Shown here piece after piece: positions 61,288-64,000 of a stretch of 64,000 bases of DNA (the stretch's first letter is position 1; the number at the start of each line of letters is the position of its first letter). This DNA is from a virus. Where the stretch lies: positions 74,918 to 138,917 of IMG/VR virus record IMGVR_UViG_3300029922_000017; one strand, 5' to 3'. A model generated the notes under the pieces. It was not told the origin of the DNA and searched no databases. It saw only the letters and a list, made by a program, of their open reading frames with translations. The position numbers and the translations under genes were made by a program.

Positions 61288-61785
61288 TCATAATTTTCTA
61301 TATCGGTCAAGAGTTCTCTTTGCATATCCACAAGCATCCGACTCCATTTTATATATACTGGTTAATTTTCTGCCGTCCCAATCAACGAAATTATACATTT
61401 TCCCAGTCCAGAACCTTCGTTTGCTCACATTCATTTGCCAGATGTGTCTTAACTCGTGGGCAAATAGAGATAATAACGCCTCATCCAAATCCCTAATCAA
61501 AAACCGAGGAGTATATCCATATTCTTCCTCTTCTTTCCTATTACTAAATACCGGATATACCAGTCCGGATTTTTGAAAGCGTATAATAATCGACTTGTTC
61601 TTTTTCAAGGTATATGACACACCCCGCCACGCCGACAAGCCCTTGGGGTTATCATACATTACAGATATCGTAACTTTTTTAATTCCTTTGGGAGCCGCAA
61701 ATTCAATTAAGGTTTTAAGAACCTCACTTGATATTTTTGTTCGATTTATTAGTTTATATTTCAAAGTGGAAATTTCTCTTATCAA
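61288..61785 (-). CDS. HExxH zinc metallopeptidase-like protein
   Basis: AHELRH...E.DA. Confidence 0.65.
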   Translation of the reverse strand: MIREISTLKYKLINRTKISSEVLKTLIEFAAPKGIKKVTISVMYDNPKGLSAWRGVSYTLKKNKSIIIRFQKSGLVYPVFSNRKEEEEYGYTPRFLIRDLDEALLSLFAHELRHIWQMNVSKRRFWTGKMYNFVDWDGRKLTSIYKMESDACGYAKRTLDRYRKL

Positions 61786-61811
61786 CTATGACCGTGCAGC
61801 TTACGCTATGG

Positions 61812-62201
61812 TTAGTTGATAACGACGAATGGGTTTGGGACTACTGCTATACTGGTTAATTCAAACTCAGTGACTAGATTTCCAACCAGTTTTCCCACTC
61901 CAACCGGTGTCCACGTAACATCGTCTTTGTGAAGAGTCAATACTGTTTTGGCGGCAAGAGTATCTAAATATTTCAATTCGATATTAACATCATCACCATC
62001 TAATTTAATAGACTCCACCAACCCACACGCATTATGTAATGACGGCTCCATATAATTATCATAATTAAGCCCGTAACATACCACCGCCCTACCAGTGTCA
62101 ACATACTTCTCTTTATATTCTTTGATAGCCTTCTCCATTATCTCTTTAGGATAAATTCTATTATTTAGGGTTGGCTTGTCTACGGTTAATATTGTTATCA
62201 T
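61812..62201 (-). CDS. prohead-protease-like paralog (T4 gp21 fold, catalytic motifs degenerate)
   Basis: NNRIYPKEIME.AI..Y, LDT...K.V, G.G; lacks GELxHP and SSRG. Confidence 0.6.
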   Translation of the reverse strand: MITILTVDKPTLNNRIYPKEIMEKAIKEYKEKYVDTGRAVVCYGLNYDNYMEPSLHNACGLVESIKLDGDDVNIELKYLDTLAAKTVLTLHKDDVTWTPVGVGKLVGNLVTEFELTSIAVVPNPFVVIN

Positions 62202-62597
62202 AATAAATTTATTTGATATTGTTGTTTATTTTGTTTTCTCGGTATTATCACGGTATGTTTACCTGGTATTTTCCATCTTGACTTGCCACATTGAATACAT
62301 CGATATAAATTATGCAAGCCGCCAGCAACTATACTTCCGCCATAATCCATAAGTCCGGTCTGACTTATAACATATTTAAATTCGTGGTTACAGGCAATCA
62401 TAATAATATTATATCTTTCATTTTCCAGCCATCATAATGATAACCAGACCCATCATCGACTGTTATGTTTTCTATTCCGGTTCTATCTATATCAAGTCCA
62501 ACTATTCTACATTCCAATGCATTCCATTCAGGATATTCCGAACTATATATTCTTACTAATTGATTAATATGAAGGGTTTCTATTTTTAACATAACTT

Positions 62598-62813
62598 TTA
62601 ATAAGGACAATTTTTACAATCTCGTCGACAACATTTACCACGTCTTAATAAGAAATCTCTGGTTAAGACCATTTTACCATCTTCCATATAATGAGTAACT
62701 AAACAGGCACCTTTTGAATGTAAACTCTTTTGGCCATGTCGGATACTCTCTTTACAATAATTACAAAGCGGTCTATCCCACGTTTCATCATGAACACTCA
62801 TATTTCTACCCAA
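62598..62813 (-). CDS. DUF5522-like Cys-rich protein
   Basis: G.MVLT..FLL.RGKCC...C.NCPY. Confidence 0.7.
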   Translation of the reverse strand: MGRNMSVHDETWDRPLCNYCKESIRHGQKSLHSKGACLVTHYMEDGKMVLTRDFLLRRGKCCRRDCKNCPY

Positions 62814-62952
62814 TCTCTTTTTATTCCTGTTTTAAAATACTCATCTATTTTAGACCATGCACGGTTGAATAAAGTTGTATCGCAGTCAATGACTTCGCCG
62901 CCATATAATGTAAGAGTCATATATCCCCAATCATAAGTCAAACCGGTAATTT

Positions 62953-63198
62953 TCATTGTCTACTCCCATCTCTAAATGCGGATTGAGTTGAACGAGTCAT
63001 TTTCATTAAATCTTCCAATTCAATATCATAATGATTTAATGAGTAAGCCTCTATAGCCCCAAGCAAGTCGCTAAGTTCAACCAATTCCATTACTGGACTT
63101 CCTTGAGTGTAAGCATCTTGGAATTCTTCAAATTCTTCTCTAATTTTAGAGAAGTTGCCTAACGTTCCTTTTTCTATATATGTTTTATGATATGCCAT
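62953..63198 (-). CDS. MazG-like all-alpha NTP pyrophosphohydrolase
   Basis: KIREEFEEF.DA...ELSDL.GA. Confidence 0.65.
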   Translation of the reverse strand: MAYHKTYIEKGTLGNFSKIREEFEEFQDAYTQGSPVMELVELSDLLGAIEAYSLNHYDIELEDLMKMTRSTQSAFRDGSRQ

Positions 63199-63430
63199 AT
63201 TCTTTAAGTTTAAATTTTTTTGCTACTTTATCTTCTATCCAAGTATAAAATTCAGTATGGTCAAATCCAGTATAACCATCTAACACCTCTACCATTAATG
63301 TGTTGGCTATAAATGCTCGAATTTTATCTTGTAATATTTTACTGGTCGGTATTTCATAGCTTGAAATATAATTTAACAAATCATTATATTTGGTATCGCT
63401 TATCTTTACTTTTAATGTTTTCATATAAGT

Positions 63431-63913
63431 TTACGAACTAACAATTGAAATGGCACGAGTTAGCCTCGGCAACGCAACCCCGGTTCCATAAATGTATTTC
63501 ATTATTCCACAATCTCTAATTCCATAACTTCCAAGTTCTATTCCTCGAAAAGTTAAGTCGTAGGATTGATATTTATATGTTTCGGACATTATATCTTCAT
63601 CACTCACTACTACATCCTTTCCATTAACGGTATCCACAATAAGAACATCATCAACATAACCAACACTAACCGGATGGAGTATAGGAAGTCCTAAACAATA
63701 CTTCCTAAAAAAATCTCTAGCACACTTAACCACAAATCCCAATTGTTCATTACATACATTATCAGTAATAATCAATTCATTCTTCATGAAATATTTTGTA
63801 TGTAAGAGGTCGAAGGACTCATCCCGGAAACAGGGTGAAATCGACTGCCAACGCCCCTTCGGTAGAAATCCTTTATTATAAAGATATAAGAATCCTTGCT
63901 CGGCAGATGCCAC
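63431..63913 (-). CDS. minimal class II aminoacyl-tRNA-synthetase-like catalytic domain
   Basis: ASAEQGF, PCFRDE (motif 2), YFMK.E, IELGSYG, GTGVALPR (motif 3). Confidence 0.75.
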   Translation of the reverse strand: MASAEQGFLYLYNKGFLPKGRWQSISPCFRDESFDLLHTKYFMKNELIITDNVCNEQLGFVVKCARDFFRKYCLGLPILHPVSVGYVDDVLIVDTVNGKDVVVSDEDIMSETYKYQSYDLTFRGIELGSYGIRDCGIMKYIYGTGVALPRLTRAISIVSS

Positions 63914-64000
63914 TAATACTTTATTCTTTTCGGCAATAGTAAAATCACCGGCTCCTTTTGGTTTAGTAATATCAGAAATAGCCTTAGTAATAGCCCATGG

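Noticed and set aside
8400-62936. Numerous + strand ORFs antisense to - strand genes (e.g. 32952-33449, 35299-35646, 54424-54921)
   Set aside because: Shadow ORFs: they overlap well-supported genes and have no promoter or motifs.
1-64000. Stop-codon reassignment (TAG or TGA recoding as in some jumbo phages)
   Set aside because: Long conserved genes (ligA, rIIA, thyA, ligases) are intact in code 11, and TAA, TGA and TAG all terminate genes at sensible positions.
1-64000. CRISPR array or rRNA
   Set aside because: No regularly spaced 25-45-nt repeats and no rRNA-like sequence seen; the promoter repeats are spaced by genes.

Overview
Fragment of a large, AT-rich lytic (jumbo-type) tailed phage genome in standard code 11. 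It holds densely packed small early or accessory genes: + strand at 1-7.4 kb, almost all - strand from 8 kb on. Most are driven by repeated TTGAC-N17/18-TATACT promoters that sit directly on the ATG, giving leaderless mRNAs with no Shine-Dalgarno. Recognisable genes are RNase HI, a deaminase, two RNA ligases, a macrodomain, two metallophosphoesterases, a BCS1-like AAA ATPase, an RlmN-like radical SAM enzyme, a histidine phosphatase, a TyrA-like dehydrogenase, rIIA/rIIB, NAD-dependent DNA ligase, ThyA, a mini class II aaRS-like protein, a tail-fibre-like island and about eight free-standing nucleases. Four observations stand out. (1) An unannotated ~246-nt minimal RNase P RNA (48963-49208, -) has a complete catalytic domain but a nearly deleted specificity domain. 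(2) A cassette of TATTTATA promoter, small basic 'MGRK' peptide and homing endonuclease in the +1 frame occurs three times, with three different nuclease types. (3) A cluster of structured non-coding RNA candidates surrounds a tRNA(CAT) and RNase H (5.5-7.9 kb). (4) Two sequence-unrelated long-stem pseudoknot leaders follow late-type promoters. All calls come from reading motifs by eye; no database searches were run.
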